Shown: positions 21,653 to 33,300 of the stretch, one piece after another
Layout: every line of letters begins with the position of its first letter
Position numbering within the stretch: position 1 is the stretch's first letter
NCBI GenBank assembly: GCA_027317865.1
Contig: DAHVQG010000006.1
Span: forward strand, 96,001 to 160,000
Length of the DNA stretch: 64,000 nucleotides
Origin: Bdellovibrionales bacterium
GTDB taxonomy: Bacteria > Bdellovibrionota > Bdellovibrionia > Bdellovibrionales > UBA1609
Direction: 5' to 3'
Notes under the pieces: model-generated
What the model saw: the letters and a program-made list of their open reading frames with translations, nothing else
Database searches by the model: none
What the model was told of the DNA's origin: nothing
Made by a program: the position numbers and the translations under genes

Positions 21653-22410
21653 TATTTCTTAGCGCTTTTATTTTTTCCCGTTCGATCGCACCCGAGGTTC
21701 AACCGTTTGTTGTGATTTGGAATATCGGCCAAGGGCAATGGATCACAGTCGTCACTAATAATGTGTGCATTCATTTTGACATGGGCGGTGAGTGGCTGCC
21801 TAACTATGGCAATCGCCGAACGCCGCCGGTATTGAAGCTTTGTTCTGATAAATTAAATCGTGTTTACCTTTCTCATAGCGACATGGACCACATTAAATTT
21901 TTATCTTGGGGGATGGATCATTTACTCCAATTGTGTGATGCGGCTCCACCACTTGACCCGATGAACGCGCGAAAGCGCGCCCTCATCGCGAAAGTTCCAC
22001 GCTGTCATTCCCCGTTACCCACACGTGAAGTTAAAGTAGTTGAAATCACCCCGCGGTTTAAAACTCATGAATTTAGCGGGCACAACGATTTCAGCCGGAT
22101 ATTTGTTATTTACGGTCCTTATCGCGCCATACTGATACCTGGCGATAGCGAGGCGCACGCAGAAGCCGTTTGGTCAAAGCGCTTGTACAATTTGCCACCG
22201 GTTCAAATTTTGGTGGCTGGCCATCACGGGAGCAAAACAAGCACAAGTGAAACCTTGTTACGAGCCCTGCCTAATTTACAAATTGCCGTCGCCTCGGCAA
22301 GAAAGGCACGCTACGGTCATCCCGACCCAATTGTCGTCGCCCGATTGCGTGCCGATGGCGTGCCCCTTTTGCGCACCGAAATTTGGGGCAATATCGCCTT
22401 ACAGTTATAA
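21637..22410 (+). CDS. ComEC C-terminal metallo-beta-lactamase domain as a separate ORF
   Basis: NIGQG, SHSDMDH, PGDS, AGHHGSKTS, RYGHP, RTEIWGNI. Confidence 0.85.
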   Translation: MRIFLIFLSAFIFSRSIAPEVQPFVVIWNIGQGQWITVVTNNVCIHFDMGGEWLPNYGNRRTPPVLKLCSDKLNRVYLSHSDMDHIKFLSWGMDHLLQLCDAAPPLDPMNARKRALIAKVPRCHSPLPTREVKVVEITPRFKTHEFSGHNDFSRIFVIYGPYRAILIPGDSEAHAEAVWSKRLYNLPPVQILVAGHHGSKTSTSETLLRALPNLQIAVASARKARYGHPDPIVVARLRADGVPLLRTEIWGNIALQL

Positions 22411-23517
22411 CTAGATTTTAAAGGGCCGATACTCCATGCCAAGATCGCGCGCCACGGGTTCGTATGCGACATAACCGTTGTACACATTGAGCCCAAGGTA
22501 CAAAGCGCGATCTTTTTTTACAGCCTCTTCAACTCCGTAGCGAGCGAGCATGGAACAATACTTATAAGTCGCGTTGTTGAGTGCGTAAGTCGATGTCCTC
22601 GCAACTGCGCCGGGCATATTGGGTACCGCGTAGTGGATCACGCCATCAACTTCGTAAGTCGGCTGCATGTGTGACGTCGGCTTACATGTTTCAATGCAAC
22701 CACCTTGATCAACCGCGACGTCAACAATCACGCTCCCCGGCATCATGCGCGAAACCATTTCTTTGGTAACCAAGCGCGGAGCGCGATGACCCGTAACTAA
22801 AACGGCTCCGACTACAAGATGTGACTGAGAAATTGCTTCTTCAATATTATGCGCATTCGAATAAAGCGTTTGGATACGTCCTTGAAATACGTCATCCAAA
22901 TATTCGAGACGCTTATGATTGACGTCGAGAATCGTGACGTTAGCACCTAAACCAACCGCCATTTTGGCAGCGTTTATTCCCACAACTCCACCACCGAGAA
23001 CGGTAACTTGCGCGCGCTCAACACCTGTCACGCCGCCGAGAAGCACGCCCATTCCGCCGCGATCTTTTTGTAAATACGTCGCGCCGATTTGTGTCGCCAT
23101 CCGTCCGGCAACTTCGCTCATCGGAGTTAGAAGCGGCAGCGAGCCATCTTCAAGTTGAATCGTTTCATAGGCTATGGCTTTAACTTTACGATCGCAAAGT
23201 GCTTTCGTGAGTTTGGGCTCGGGCGCTAAGTGCAAATAAGTGTAGAGCACCAAATTTTCATGCATAAGATTATACTCTTCAGGGAGCGGCTCTTTCACTT
23301 TAACTATCATTTGAGCTTCGGCCCAAACATCTTTGGCCGATGGCAAAATCTTCGCGCCCGCCTTTTCATACGAGTCATTTGAAATATGACTCCCGACGCC
23401 GGCATCTTTTTCGATGTAAACGGTATGACCTTCAATAATAAGCTGACGAACCGAAGCGTCTGTGAGCCCAACTCGGTTTTCACCAATTTTTATTTCTTTA
23501 GGTACTCCAATGATCAT
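22411..23517 (-). CDS. ald: Alanine dehydrogenase
   Basis: GVPKEIK, PMSEVAGR, VDVAVDQGGC, VPNMPGAV. Confidence 0.97.
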   Translation of the reverse strand: MIIGVPKEIKIGENRVGLTDASVRQLIIEGHTVYIEKDAGVGSHISNDSYEKAGAKILPSAKDVWAEAQMIVKVKEPLPEEYNLMHENLVLYTYLHLAPEPKLTKALCDRKVKAIAYETIQLEDGSLPLLTPMSEVAGRMATQIGATYLQKDRGGMGVLLGGVTGVERAQVTVLGGGVVGINAAKMAVGLGANVTILDVNHKRLEYLDDVFQGRIQTLYSNAHNIEEAISQSHLVVGAVLVTGHRAPRLVTKEMVSRMMPGSVIVDVAVDQGGCIETCKPTSHMQPTYEVDGVIHYAVPNMPGAVARTSTYALNNATYKYCSMLARYGVEEAVKKDRALYLGLNVYNGYVAYEPVARDLGMEYRPFKI

Positions 23518-23571
23518 TTTAATTTCTCCCGCCCGCAGGCTGGCCTGATTTTCTATTGGCAGCGGGAGATA

Positions 23572-24486
23572 CTAGGCCCAAAGATATTGTACTTCAAGCG
23601 GATTTTCTGGCAGGTCCGCGCCAAGTTCAATGACGCGAAAACTATCGTTTGATTCCAGAATTTTTCGAACAAGACGGTTCATCAAATCATGACCCGCCTT
23701 ATAAAGGACAACATGACCCATCAACGGCAACCCAAGCGTCACCAGATCGCCCAGCGCATCGAGAACTTTGTGACGCACAAATTCGTCCGGAAAACGCAAA
23801 CCTTCAGGATTTAAAATTTCGTCAGTATCTAAAACTATGGCGTTTTCCATACTGCCGCCACGAGCTAAACCTTTGGCGCGCAAGGCTTCAACTTCTCGGA
23901 GAAACCCAAATGTACGCGCGGGTGCCACATTGCGACTAAACGACTGCTCGTTAATGTCGATATCGAGGGATTGGCGGCCGATCTTGGGGTGCGGGAATTC
24001 AATAGTGGCTGAAATTCGAAGACCATTGTAGGGAGCAACATAGGCGTATTTATTGTCATCGCCAAAATAGATATTTTGATTGATGTAAATGTATTTACGC
24101 GGCTGTTCTTGTTCAACCATTCCGGCGCTAACAAGCGCATCCAAAAATATTTTGGCGCTGCCGTCACCAATAGGAATTTCCGGCCCGTCGAGTTCAATGA
24201 TTAAATTGTCTATTCGAAACGCCGCGAGAGTCGATAAACAATGCTCGACAGTCGATACTGAAAAATGATCGCCACCTAATGTTGTGGCTAATTGAGTAGC
24301 GCGCACATGATCGGCTTTAGCGGCCAAAGCCGGCCGCCCCGGCAAGTCCGCACGCACGAAATAAACTCCCGTATTAACGGGCGCTGGACAAAAGGTCAGC
24401 TTTGTCGGCTGACCTGTATGCAGACCTATTCCGATGACTTCGACACGGTTGCGTATCGTTCGTTGTAAAAACATGTATTTACTCAT
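23572..24486 (-). CDS. lpxC: UDP-3-O-acyl-GlcNAc deacetylase
   Basis: TVEHCL, DGSA, EFVRHKVLDALGDL, AGH. Confidence 0.97.
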   Translation of the reverse strand: MSKYMFLQRTIRNRVEVIGIGLHTGQPTKLTFCPAPVNTGVYFVRADLPGRPALAAKADHVRATQLATTLGGDHFSVSTVEHCLSTLAAFRIDNLIIELDGPEIPIGDGSAKIFLDALVSAGMVEQEQPRKYIYINQNIYFGDDNKYAYVAPYNGLRISATIEFPHPKIGRQSLDIDINEQSFSRNVAPARTFGFLREVEALRAKGLARGGSMENAIVLDTDEILNPEGLRFPDEFVRHKVLDALGDLVTLGLPLMGHVVLYKAGHDLMNRLVRKILESNDSFRVIELGADLPENPLEVQYLWA

Positions 24487-24724
24487 TTATACAAATTTAA
24501 TGCCAATGGCAAAGCATCGCTAAAGCATGCATTTAAGGTGGGTAGGAGCTCTAAAACACATATTTGATACCAATTGCATGTGGCTGAAAAACAACACGTG
24601 TGTGACGATCGCAACACGCTCATCATTTTCTTTTTGTAATCCGGTTTATTGGCGCGCTCGCAATCTAAAAATGGCATTTTCAACCTACTTAAAAAATAGC
24701 GGGAGGGGTGAAGGCAGGTGAATC

Positions 24725-25516
24725 GTGGGAGCAATATCAGGACTAAATCGCATCGCAATTGCGCTTTTAATTAGCGTGGTGGCACCGGCGGGGTTTTCAG
24801 CGTCTCCGATCGGTCACTTCGGCGACGATTGCGATGAACTATTATCGAACTTCGCAACTCTCGACACATCCGTCGAAAGGCCCTTGACTAAGATTTTTAG
24901 AGATCACGCCTTTGAACTTGTTTCTCCCGACTCAAAAGAGGTGTCGGAACTGAAACTTTCACATTTTTATACTCTCCTTCGAAATGAGATCCTGACAGAA
25001 GCACTCCCCTCAAAGCAACTCTACAACTGGATTTTAACTGAAAAAAAAATGGGGGACCAGGTTCGAGACGGGTCGCTGCCAGCTGACAATACAGTTAAAA
25101 TTTTGCGCCATACTCTGCAAGCGCTAGTAGTGACCGCCGTTGCGTCGGATCTCATCCCAATTGTCGAAGACATTGAGACGGAATACAAAATGGTATTTGC
25201 ATCGCTGGTTATTTCGCAACGGGCGCCGCCGGCTAAGTGGAAGGTAAATTTAAAAGCAATTACCGACTCGTCGTCACGCGATTTTATTCGCCATAGCCCT
25301 CTCACCCAATATCGACTTTTTCATTTTCTACAAAAGGGCCCGTATTTGGGCCGAGTTGAAGTTCTGTATCGCGAGCTCTCAACTCTGCAGATCCGTGCCG
25401 CGCAAGAAATTCAAGCTCAAAAGCGGCCCGTTGACCCGCGCGTTCAGCCGTTTGTAGATAAGGTTTTAGGGCGTCACGCAGATTTGGCGGCACTAAGAAA
25501 ACCGTGGTGGCGCTGA
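24725..25516 (+). CDS. Hypothetical exported protein
   Basis: 263-aa ORF with signal-like N-terminus; no motif recognised. Confidence 0.55.
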   Translation: MGAISGLNRIAIALLISVVAPAGFSASPIGHFGDDCDELLSNFATLDTSVERPLTKIFRDHAFELVSPDSKEVSELKLSHFYTLLRNEILTEALPSKQLYNWILTEKKMGDQVRDGSLPADNTVKILRHTLQALVVTAVASDLIPIVEDIETEYKMVFASLVISQRAPPAKWKVNLKAITDSSSRDFIRHSPLTQYRLFHFLQKGPYLGRVEVLYRELSTLQIRAAQEIQAQKRPVDPRVQPFVDKVLGRHADLAALRKPWWR

Positions 25517-26554
25517 TTTTTCTATTTGTTCGTCAGTTTCTAAATGTTCGCTCGCACGGCGAGTGATGATTCGGCCGCGGGGTGTTTTTTGCAACAAGCC
25601 TTCTTGAATCAAAAATGGCTCATAAACTTCTTCAATTGTATCGGTCTCTTCGCTCAGAGCTGAGGATAAAGTTTCAATGCCAACTGGTCCGCCGCCGAAC
25701 TTTTCAAGTATTAACAGCAGAATTTTTCGGTCCATTTGATCAAGACCCAACCGGTCAACCTCTAATTCATCCAATGCATAGCGGGCGAGTTCCGTTGTTA
25801 TCACGCCGTCGCCACGAACGTCGGCATAATCTCGCACGCGCCGAAGTAGCCGGTTGGCAATTCTCGGAGTACCACGACTGCGGCGCGCGATCTCTTCAGC
25901 TCCGTCGGAGTGAATTGAGATATTCAACAACCGCGCTGAACGCTCGAGAATTGCCACAAGGGCGCCGCGATCGTAAAAATTGAGCCGCTCCAAAATGCCG
26001 AAGCGGTCACGAAACGGCGCCTTTAGCAAACCGGCCCGAGTGGTCGCCCCTATTAATGTAAATGGTGCCAGTTGAAATCGCATCGTACGTGCGCCGAGAC
26101 CTTCACCGGTTACAAGATCGAGAGCAAAGTCTTCCATCGCGCTATAGAGATATTCTTCAACATCCTTCGACAGCCGATGAATTTCGTCGATAAACAAAAC
26201 CGAGTTGGGGCGCAAACTTGTGAGTATGGCCGCGATGTCACCTTTCTTTGCAATTGCGGGCCCCGACGTGATTTTGAGTTCAACCCCCATATGGTGGGCA
26301 ATGATATGGGCGAGTGTCGTTTTACCAAGACCGGGTGGGCCGCACAGTAGAGTATGGTCGAGTGGCTCTTGGCGGGAGCGAGCCGCTTGCACAAACACTT
26401 GAAGTTTATCTTTTACTTTCTCTTGACCTGGAAATTCCGAAAATTGTTTTGGTCGCAAACTTTGATCTAAATGTTTGTCGGTTTCAATCTTTTCACCCGT
26501 CGTGAGACGCGCGGCCGTTACGTTTTCCGTTGTCTTTTCTATTGCGTTTTCCAT
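25493..26554 (-). CDS. ruvB: Holliday junction helicase RuvB
   Basis: [30 protein letters not shown]. Confidence 0.98.
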   Translation of the reverse strand: MENAIEKTTENVTAARLTTGEKIETDKHLDQSLRPKQFSEFPGQEKVKDKLQVFVQAARSRQEPLDHTLLCGPPGLGKTTLAHIIAHHMGVELKITSGPAIAKKGDIAAILTSLRPNSVLFIDEIHRLSKDVEEYLYSAMEDFALDLVTGEGLGARTMRFQLAPFTLIGATTRAGLLKAPFRDRFGILERLNFYDRGALVAILERSARLLNISIHSDGAEEIARRSRGTPRIANRLLRRVRDYADVRGDGVITTELARYALDELEVDRLGLDQMDRKILLLILEKFGGGPVGIETLSSALSEETDTIEEVYEPFLIQEGLLQKTPRGRIITRRASEHLETDEQIEKSAPPRFS

Positions 26555-26567
26555 AACATTATCCTTT

Positions 26568-27140
26568 TCAACAGTTCGAAAGACTCGTCAGCCCCATTTT
26601 CACGCCTTCGTTGAAATCCGTCGACGGATCCATCTTATCCACGGTTTTTTCGACCTCAGACAATTTAAACCCGAGATTCACCAAGGCCGAAATGATATCC
26701 GAGCGTGCGGCAAAACCACCAGCACCCAATTCGGAGTTCTCTAAAACGAGTTTACCCTTTAACTCCAAAATAATTTGTTCGGCTGTTTTCTTACCAACCT
26801 TAGGCAATTGCGATAAGCCTCGCACATCGCCATCATCAATCATTTGCACAATTGAATGCATAGGCGCACCCGAGAGAATTTTCATCGCGACCTTTGGACC
26901 GATCCCGTTAACTTTCACGAGCGACAAAAACAATTCTTTTTCTGCTCGCGAGGCAAATCCAAAAAGTTGAATGACATCTTCGCGAACGTGCGTGTGGATA
27001 TAAAGTTTTGCCGATTTGTGCCCAACGGTCGAATCGTACGTATAATTTGACACGTAAACCTCATAGCCGACTCCGCCGACATCGAGAATCACAATTTCGT
27101 CGCTGTAGCGCGAGACTTGGCCCTGCAACTGCGCAATCAT
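26568..27140 (-). CDS. ruvA: Holliday junction protein RuvA
   Basis: [28 protein letters not shown]. Confidence 0.97.
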   Translation of the reverse strand: MIAQLQGQVSRYSDEIVILDVGGVGYEVYVSNYTYDSTVGHKSAKLYIHTHVREDVIQLFGFASRAEKELFLSLVKVNGIGPKVAMKILSGAPMHSIVQMIDDGDVRGLSQLPKVGKKTAEQIILELKGKLVLENSELGAGGFAARSDIISALVNLGFKLSEVEKTVDKMDPSTDFNEGVKMGLTSLSNC

Positions 27141-27676
27141 TTTATTACCTCATTTCGTCCATGACTCCGAGACGCCCCCGATACGCTCCAAATTTTAGCT
27201 GATTCCACTTCGCGCGTGCAGCAAACAGCAAGTGCCAGAGCATCAGTTGCGTCTAAACTTTCGGAACGCAACGAAAACAACCTCTCAATCACCCACTTCA
27301 CCTGTTCTTTTGCGGCCGCCCCCGTCCCCGTCAGCATTTTTTTTACATGCCGGGTGGCGTACTCGTAAACCGGCAAATTGTGGGCGCCGGCAACGGCCAA
27401 AATGACTCCGCGAGCGTGCCCAAGTTTAAACGCGCTATCGGCGTTTTTTGCCATAAACACCTTTTCCACTGCCAATGCATCAGGCTGGAATTGTTCAATT
27501 TTCTCCTCAAAAAGTGCCAAAAGCTTACCCAATCGCTGGGGCAGCGGCCCAGTTTCACCAAGCGACAGGACCCCGTGCCCTAAGCAGACCGACTCACTCG
27601 ACTGAGCTTGACGACCGGACGCAACGACCCCCCAACCCGTAAACCTTGATCCTGGATCAACCCCTAAAATGATCAT
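27137..27676 (-). CDS. ruvC: Holliday junction resolvase RuvC
   Basis: ILGVDPG, VEKVF, KLGHARGV, DATDALA. Confidence 0.96.
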   Translation of the reverse strand: MIILGVDPGSRFTGWGVVASGRQAQSSESVCLGHGVLSLGETGPLPQRLGKLLALFEEKIEQFQPDALAVEKVFMAKNADSAFKLGHARGVILAVAGAHNLPVYEYATRHVKKMLTGTGAAAKEQVKWVIERLFSLRSESLDATDALALAVCCTREVESAKIWSVSGASRSHGRNEVIK

Positions 27677-27775
27677 CAAAGCATGCGCACGACCGCTGTA
27701 ATTTGGCTCGTGCCTCCTCGTGGTCATTAAACACGCTGTTGTATTCGATTTCAACAAATGCAAAAATACCTAAAG

Positions 27776-28645
27776 ATGACGGACACGAAAAACGCAATCA
27801 ATCCTGAATTTGTTGAACGGTATCAACGGCTTTACGAGGCTGATCCGAAATCGCGACTTTTTGCACCATTGGCTGAAGCTTACCGCAAAATGGGCATGCT
27901 CAACGAAGCCCGCGAGATCGCGCAATCAGGCGTGGGCTATCACCCCGAATTTGCCGGAGGTCGCGTTGCGTTAGGCCGTGTCCTCTACGATTTGGAATTA
28001 CTTGAAGACGCCTCAAAGGAATTAAAAAAAGCAGTTGAGCTGGCACCCGAAAATATTTTGGCGCACCAAATTTTAGCCGACTGTTATCTCAAGCTAAAAC
28101 AGCCGAAAGAAGCTCTGAAAGCTTACAAAATGCTCCTTTTTTTGAGTCCAGAAAATGAAAAGGCGCAAAAAGCAGTCAAGCGACTTGAGTCGGTAACAGC
28201 CGACGAATATGACAGCGAAGTTTTCGCGATGAAACCGCTTAAAGAAGCCGTTAAATCTTGGTCGGATCTGGATTTGGATTTTTCGGGCGATTCAACTTCA
28301 ACCGCATCGATTGCCGCGAAGGAAAAAACGCCACAAAAACAAAAATTTTTAGATCGCGTATTGAGTCTCGCCGACGCCTACATCGTACGAAACGACGTCG
28401 ACCGGGCACTCGAAACCTTGCAAGAATCGGAACGCCTCTTAGGGCCCGACCCTGAAATTATCAAACGGTTACGCTTATTGCACAATCGACAGCTGGATCA
28501 AGTGACAATTCCGCGGCCACAGTCGGCCAAGCCCGATCAAATCCCCAATAGAGAAGAACAACTGCGGACTGAAAAAATTGAGTTCTTGCAAGATTTGCTC
28601 GGGCGGATTAAACGAAAATCAGAAGAATTCAATATTCAAAAATAA
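27776..28645 (+). CDS. TPR-repeat protein
   Basis: SRLFAPLAEAYRKMG and APENILAHQILA TPRs; start could be 27758. Confidence 0.75.
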   Translation: MTDTKNAINPEFVERYQRLYEADPKSRLFAPLAEAYRKMGMLNEAREIAQSGVGYHPEFAGGRVALGRVLYDLELLEDASKELKKAVELAPENILAHQILADCYLKLKQPKEALKAYKMLLFLSPENEKAQKAVKRLESVTADEYDSEVFAMKPLKEAVKSWSDLDLDFSGDSTSTASIAAKEKTPQKQKFLDRVLSLADAYIVRNDVDRALETLQESERLLGPDPEIIKRLRLLHNRQLDQVTIPRPQSAKPDQIPNREEQLRTEKIEFLQDLLGRIKRKSEEFNIQK

Positions 28646-28657
28646 GGATAAATTTTT

Positions 28658-29224
28658 ATGCACGAAACTAGTGATTTCCGTAAAGGCTTGCATATCCTCA
28701 TCGATAACGATCCTTACACCATTGTCGATTTTCAACACGTTAAACCGGGCAAAGGCAACCAATTTACGCGAACTAAATTGCGCAATCTGCTTACGGGCCA
28801 AAATCTAGAACGTACATTTAAGTCGGGAGAAAAATTTGGCGTTCCGGACGTTATTTTCAAAGACATGGACTACCTTTACAAGGACGAAACGGGTTACAAT
28901 TTTATGGACCCGACAGACTACAACCAAGTTACTTTAAGTTCGGATGTCATCGGTGAGGCTTCAAAGTTTTTGCTTGATAATATGAAAGTAAAAGTTTGTT
29001 TTTTTAACGACCGAGCCGTTGGTCTTGACTTGCCGGTCACGGTTAATCTGCGAGTCACCCAGACCGACCCCGGATTCAAAGGCAATACCGTCACGGGCAC
29101 TTTCAAGCCGGCAACGCTTGAAACAGGCCTTGTTGTGCAAGTCCCGCTTCATACCAACGTCGGGGACCTTTTGAAAATTGACACGCGAACGGGCGAGTAC
29201 AAAGAGCGTGTCAGCATAAAGTGA
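28658..29224 (+). CDS. efp: Elongation factor P
   Basis: HVKPGKG, KPATLETG, DTRTGEY. Confidence 0.98.
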   Translation: MHETSDFRKGLHILIDNDPYTIVDFQHVKPGKGNQFTRTKLRNLLTGQNLERTFKSGEKFGVPDVIFKDMDYLYKDETGYNFMDPTDYNQVTLSSDVIGEASKFLLDNMKVKVCFFNDRAVGLDLPVTVNLRVTQTDPGFKGNTVTGTFKPATLETGLVVQVPLHTNVGDLLKIDTRTGEYKERVSIK

Positions 29225-29254
29225 CCCTCACGACTCGCGCCTTCGGGAGGAATT

Positions 29255-30337
29255 TTGTCTGAAGTCTTCGAGCGTGCTATTCGAGATATGCTCCTAGATG
29301 AAGGGAACTCCGACCGAGTCGCGGATAACCTGTTGCATCGTTTACGTGCCGAGTCTCCGGGCTTAAAACAAAGACAGGCGTTTCTAGCATTTATTATAAA
29401 TTCCGGTAACGCCGAATTTGCCATGGAGTTATACCAACTTTGGTTCGCTGAAAAGCGCCGCATTCCATTTTACCCGTACTGCTACCTGTTAGCGCAAAGC
29501 GGATTTCAACCTCGACCTGAATTTTTCAAGCAGTTAATTGCAGCGCACTCCGCAGCTGAAGACTCGTCGCCTATAGAATACTTCTCCGCGTGGGAAGCCT
29601 CCTGCGATGAACTTCGCCAGATGAAAAAGCAATATTACGACGCCCAAAAAGCCGATGCGCGCCATCACTATCAGCAACAGCTTTCAAAATTGGAGTATTT
29701 AAAAATTCATCGCATGATCGATGAAGAACGTTCTTTACTTGAGCAACTCATGTTTGCTTATCCGGACGAAACCGGCTTGCGAAAGCAATATGACGATTTG
29801 CAGTCTCGCTGGGCTGATGCCGTAATTGCCCGCAGATCCGGCACAAATAAACCGGAACAAGCTCTTGAGCGAATCGATCTCAATTTAACTGCGCTTGAAC
29901 TCAAAACTTTATCCGCCATTTGTGATGGCTGGCTTGCCGCTGCACGCGATTTTGCGGCAAAAAGCCAAATTAATATGGTTTATTTCTTGGCGGTAGGGCT
30001 CTACATGTTAGAGCTTTATAACCCCGCCATTGAAGCTCTACGGCAAATTGAAAAAGACCCGCATTGGCAGCACGCGGCGGATTGGTTGACTCTCGAATGC
30101 CTGCTCAAATCGCGCCGATTTGCTGAAGCGCTAGATGCCGTAACAACAATCGAAAAACAATATGCAGACGATCCTGAAACTTCCTTTGGCGCAACGTACG
30201 CACGCGCGCTGGCGCTCGAAGGATTGGGTCAAAAAGCTGCCGCAGCCGAACTTGTACAAAGCATCGTTCAAGTACGACCATCCTACCGTTCGGCTCAAGC
30301 GCTGCTCCGCCGGCTTATGGGTAGGAGCACCCCATGA
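29255..30337 (+). CDS. Helical/TPR hypothetical protein
   Basis: C-terminal TPR-like helices; in operon with efp and tamB. Confidence 0.65.
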   Translation: MSEVFERAIRDMLLDEGNSDRVADNLLHRLRAESPGLKQRQAFLAFIINSGNAEFAMELYQLWFAEKRRIPFYPYCYLLAQSGFQPRPEFFKQLIAAHSAAEDSSPIEYFSAWEASCDELRQMKKQYYDAQKADARHHYQQQLSKLEYLKIHRMIDEERSLLEQLMFAYPDETGLRKQYDDLQSRWADAVIARRSGTNKPEQALERIDLNLTALELKTLSAICDGWLAAARDFAAKSQINMVYFLAVGLYMLELYNPAIEALRQIEKDPHWQHAADWLTLECLLKSRRFAEALDAVTTIEKQYADDPETSFGATYARALALEGLGQKAAAAELVQSIVQVRPSYRSAQALLRRLMGRSTP

Positions 30338-33300
30338 ATTACCGACACACAATCAAACTATCACTTGCTATGGCCGGGCTATTTTTTATGCTCGGATTTT
30401 TCTACAAATATCATTTACCTCGAATCGAGCAGTGGCTGCTCGTTGAAATTGAATCGGTGAGCCAAACTCATTCGCCGGTACGGATCTGGCCAAAGAAATT
30501 AGAAATTAACCTCATCCCGATAGGCATCACGCTTAAAGATGTCCGGTTGCTCCCCCAAAAGAATTTGGCCGGCTATTTAAAACCCACTTCAGTCGGAAAA
30601 GTCGAATTACGACTTAATCTTTTTGATTTGCTCGCGGGGCAGATTCACTTTAGCCGCGTTACCATTGCCGATGCCACTTTTGATTTCAATGTTTCTCAGC
30701 GATATACAAAATTCATACTCCCCCATCAAGGGCGACCGAGCTCTCGAAAAAAAATCCCGTTGAGTCTTGAACGACTCGCTTCGTGGCCTGTTTCAGGTCT
30801 TCAACTTCAAAACATAACGTTAAACGCGAAGCTCAGTGACCCCGCGGTTCAGGTTCATGTCGCTTCGGTTCGGCTAATGGCCGAAAGTGAATACCGCTCA
30901 CTCAGAACCAACCTATCGGCACATGACGTGCAAATACAAAAAAATGGCAGCCCGGTAATTTACCGGGCCAACCTCCGCACTAATTTTTTGCTCGACCGCG
31001 AAGGAATATATTTCTCGCGTCTCGAACTCTCGCGCGGGCAATCTTTTGTTTCCGCCGCCGGAGCCATCGAAGGCAATGTGCTGAGCAGCGAAATCAAGAA
31101 AGTCCATGTTGATGTCGAATCAAAAGCGGACATGAAGGATGTTACTAAAATTTTGCGTGAAACAGATGCCACACGTGTAGTGCCTAAAATGTGGGGCCTC
31201 GCAAAAATTGACGGCGGTTTCGATTACAAGCCTCGTCGTCCAATTCACTCATGGTTTAAAGTTCAAACCGCTCATTTTGGAGTGGATAACATCTTGGTTG
31301 GCAATGCGACCTTTCACGGAAAAACGGACGGTTCATCAATACGAATGTGGAGTTCAAAAATAAAAAATATTTACGGCGAAGTCGACATCCCGCACGCCGC
31401 GCTTTCGCTTGATCATGATCAAAATTTAAATTTCGTTCTCAAATCCCAGAATTTCGACCTTCAGCAGTTTTTTCGCTCGCTCGATTTGACGGAAATTCCG
31501 GTTTACGTTCAAATTCACGGCAATATGCCGTGTTCCGGCCATTTAAAGCCGCCATTTGAAATTACTTGTAAGGGGTCGGCCGCAGGGCAAAACTTCTCAG
31601 TAAACACATCGGTTCAAAAGCCCGCATTTAACGTCGTTCGCTTGAATCATGTGGCGGCAAATGGCCAAGTGAGTGTCACTCCGACAGGCGTGAGTTATCA
31701 GGCCAATCTCCTCATCGGTTCGAAAAAAGGACAACAAAGCCAAGGCGAATCAAGCGGCCAAATTTCTTTTCTGCACGGGTTTAAGATTCAGTATTCAACT
31801 GACAAACTGCAATTTCAAAATGTCGCAAATCTTGCCGGTTTAGATGTTAAAGGGCTATTGGCAGTGAAAGGAACCACTCAAGGCAACAGTCAAACAGCGA
31901 CTATCGATTTAGCCGCAACCGGCGATCATATCGGGCTGTTGAACTATGAAGTCGGACGCCCCCAATTTCAAATGCGTTATAAATCCGGCGTTTTGTCGTT
32001 CAGCCATATTTTAGGCGTGCTGGGCAAAACCCGCTACGATGGCGAGCTGGCAATTAATCTCATAAAAAACCGGATCGAGTTGACCGCCAAATCTCCGTTT
32101 TTAGAAGTGAGCGATTTAACTCGTGCGCTTTCGCGGACGTTTAAGCCGCCGATCGCTTTTTCGGGTACAGGCGATGGTTCGTTGAAATTATGGGGGCCGC
32201 TGAAGCTCAATCAACTCTCATACGATCTGGGAACAAATCTTTTTCGCGGCTCAATTGCCGGCGAGTCGTTCGATCAGCTCACATTCGATGTCAGTTCACG
32301 AAACGGCGACATTCAAACGCGAAATGTTAATTTAAAAAAGGGAGGCGGCTCCGTCGACCTGATTGGGAGCATGGACCCAAAGGGCCGCTTAAATCTTCGT
32401 GCGAACGGCCAGGGTTTTCAAATCGAACAATTCGAGGCTATTTCAAATCTCGGGCTCAACGTGACCGGCAACGTATCGTTTCAGGCCCATCTCACCGGGC
32501 CGATAACCGCACCCACTTTTCGGGCGCACGGCCGGCTAAGCCAGACAACCGTAGGTAGTCAGCCCGCTGGTGATTCCTATTTTCATCTGCTGGTCGACCC
32601 TAAAAAAATTGATTTAGGAGCACAATTACTCGGTAACACTCTCGCCGGTCGATGGCAAAGAGTTCGCGGCCTAAGCGGCTCAAGCGATTTTCAATTCAAT
32701 ATTTCGAACTGGAACTTTGCGGATTCTCTGTCGGCGCTTTCAGATTCGATTCAGATTGGATCGTATGTCACAAAGCTCTCCGCTAACGGCGAGGTTAGCT
32801 TTCCGAACCGCGATTGGCGCATGTTTTCCGGTCATCTGACCGTTAACAATTTTGAAATGCAAAACGGTGTCACCGAAATGAGTACGAAAAGTCCCATGAC
32901 ACTCACAGCCCGCGACGGCGTTGTGCAGGCAAAAAACTTTCATTTTACCGGAACCGACAACACGTTTGTCCGATTGCAATCGGATGCCTCGCAGCCGGGG
33001 CAATTGGCACTGAGCCTCAACGGAAATGTCGACCTGAGCTTAATGAGCCTTTTCACGCCGTTTTTAAACGATCTTCGCGGAACAAATAGATTTAGTTTAT
33101 TACTAACCGGCGTCGTGGATCATCCTCATTTTTCAGGGGCATTTGATATCAGAAACGCGCTCGTGAAAATCAAAGGTTTTCCGCATGCGTTTGAACAAAT
33201 GTCTTCTGATATTACTTTCAACAACAACCGAATTTCCATTAATTCTGTAAAGGGACGAATTGCCGGAGGTTTACTGTTGGCAAATGGCCACGTTTCCGTC

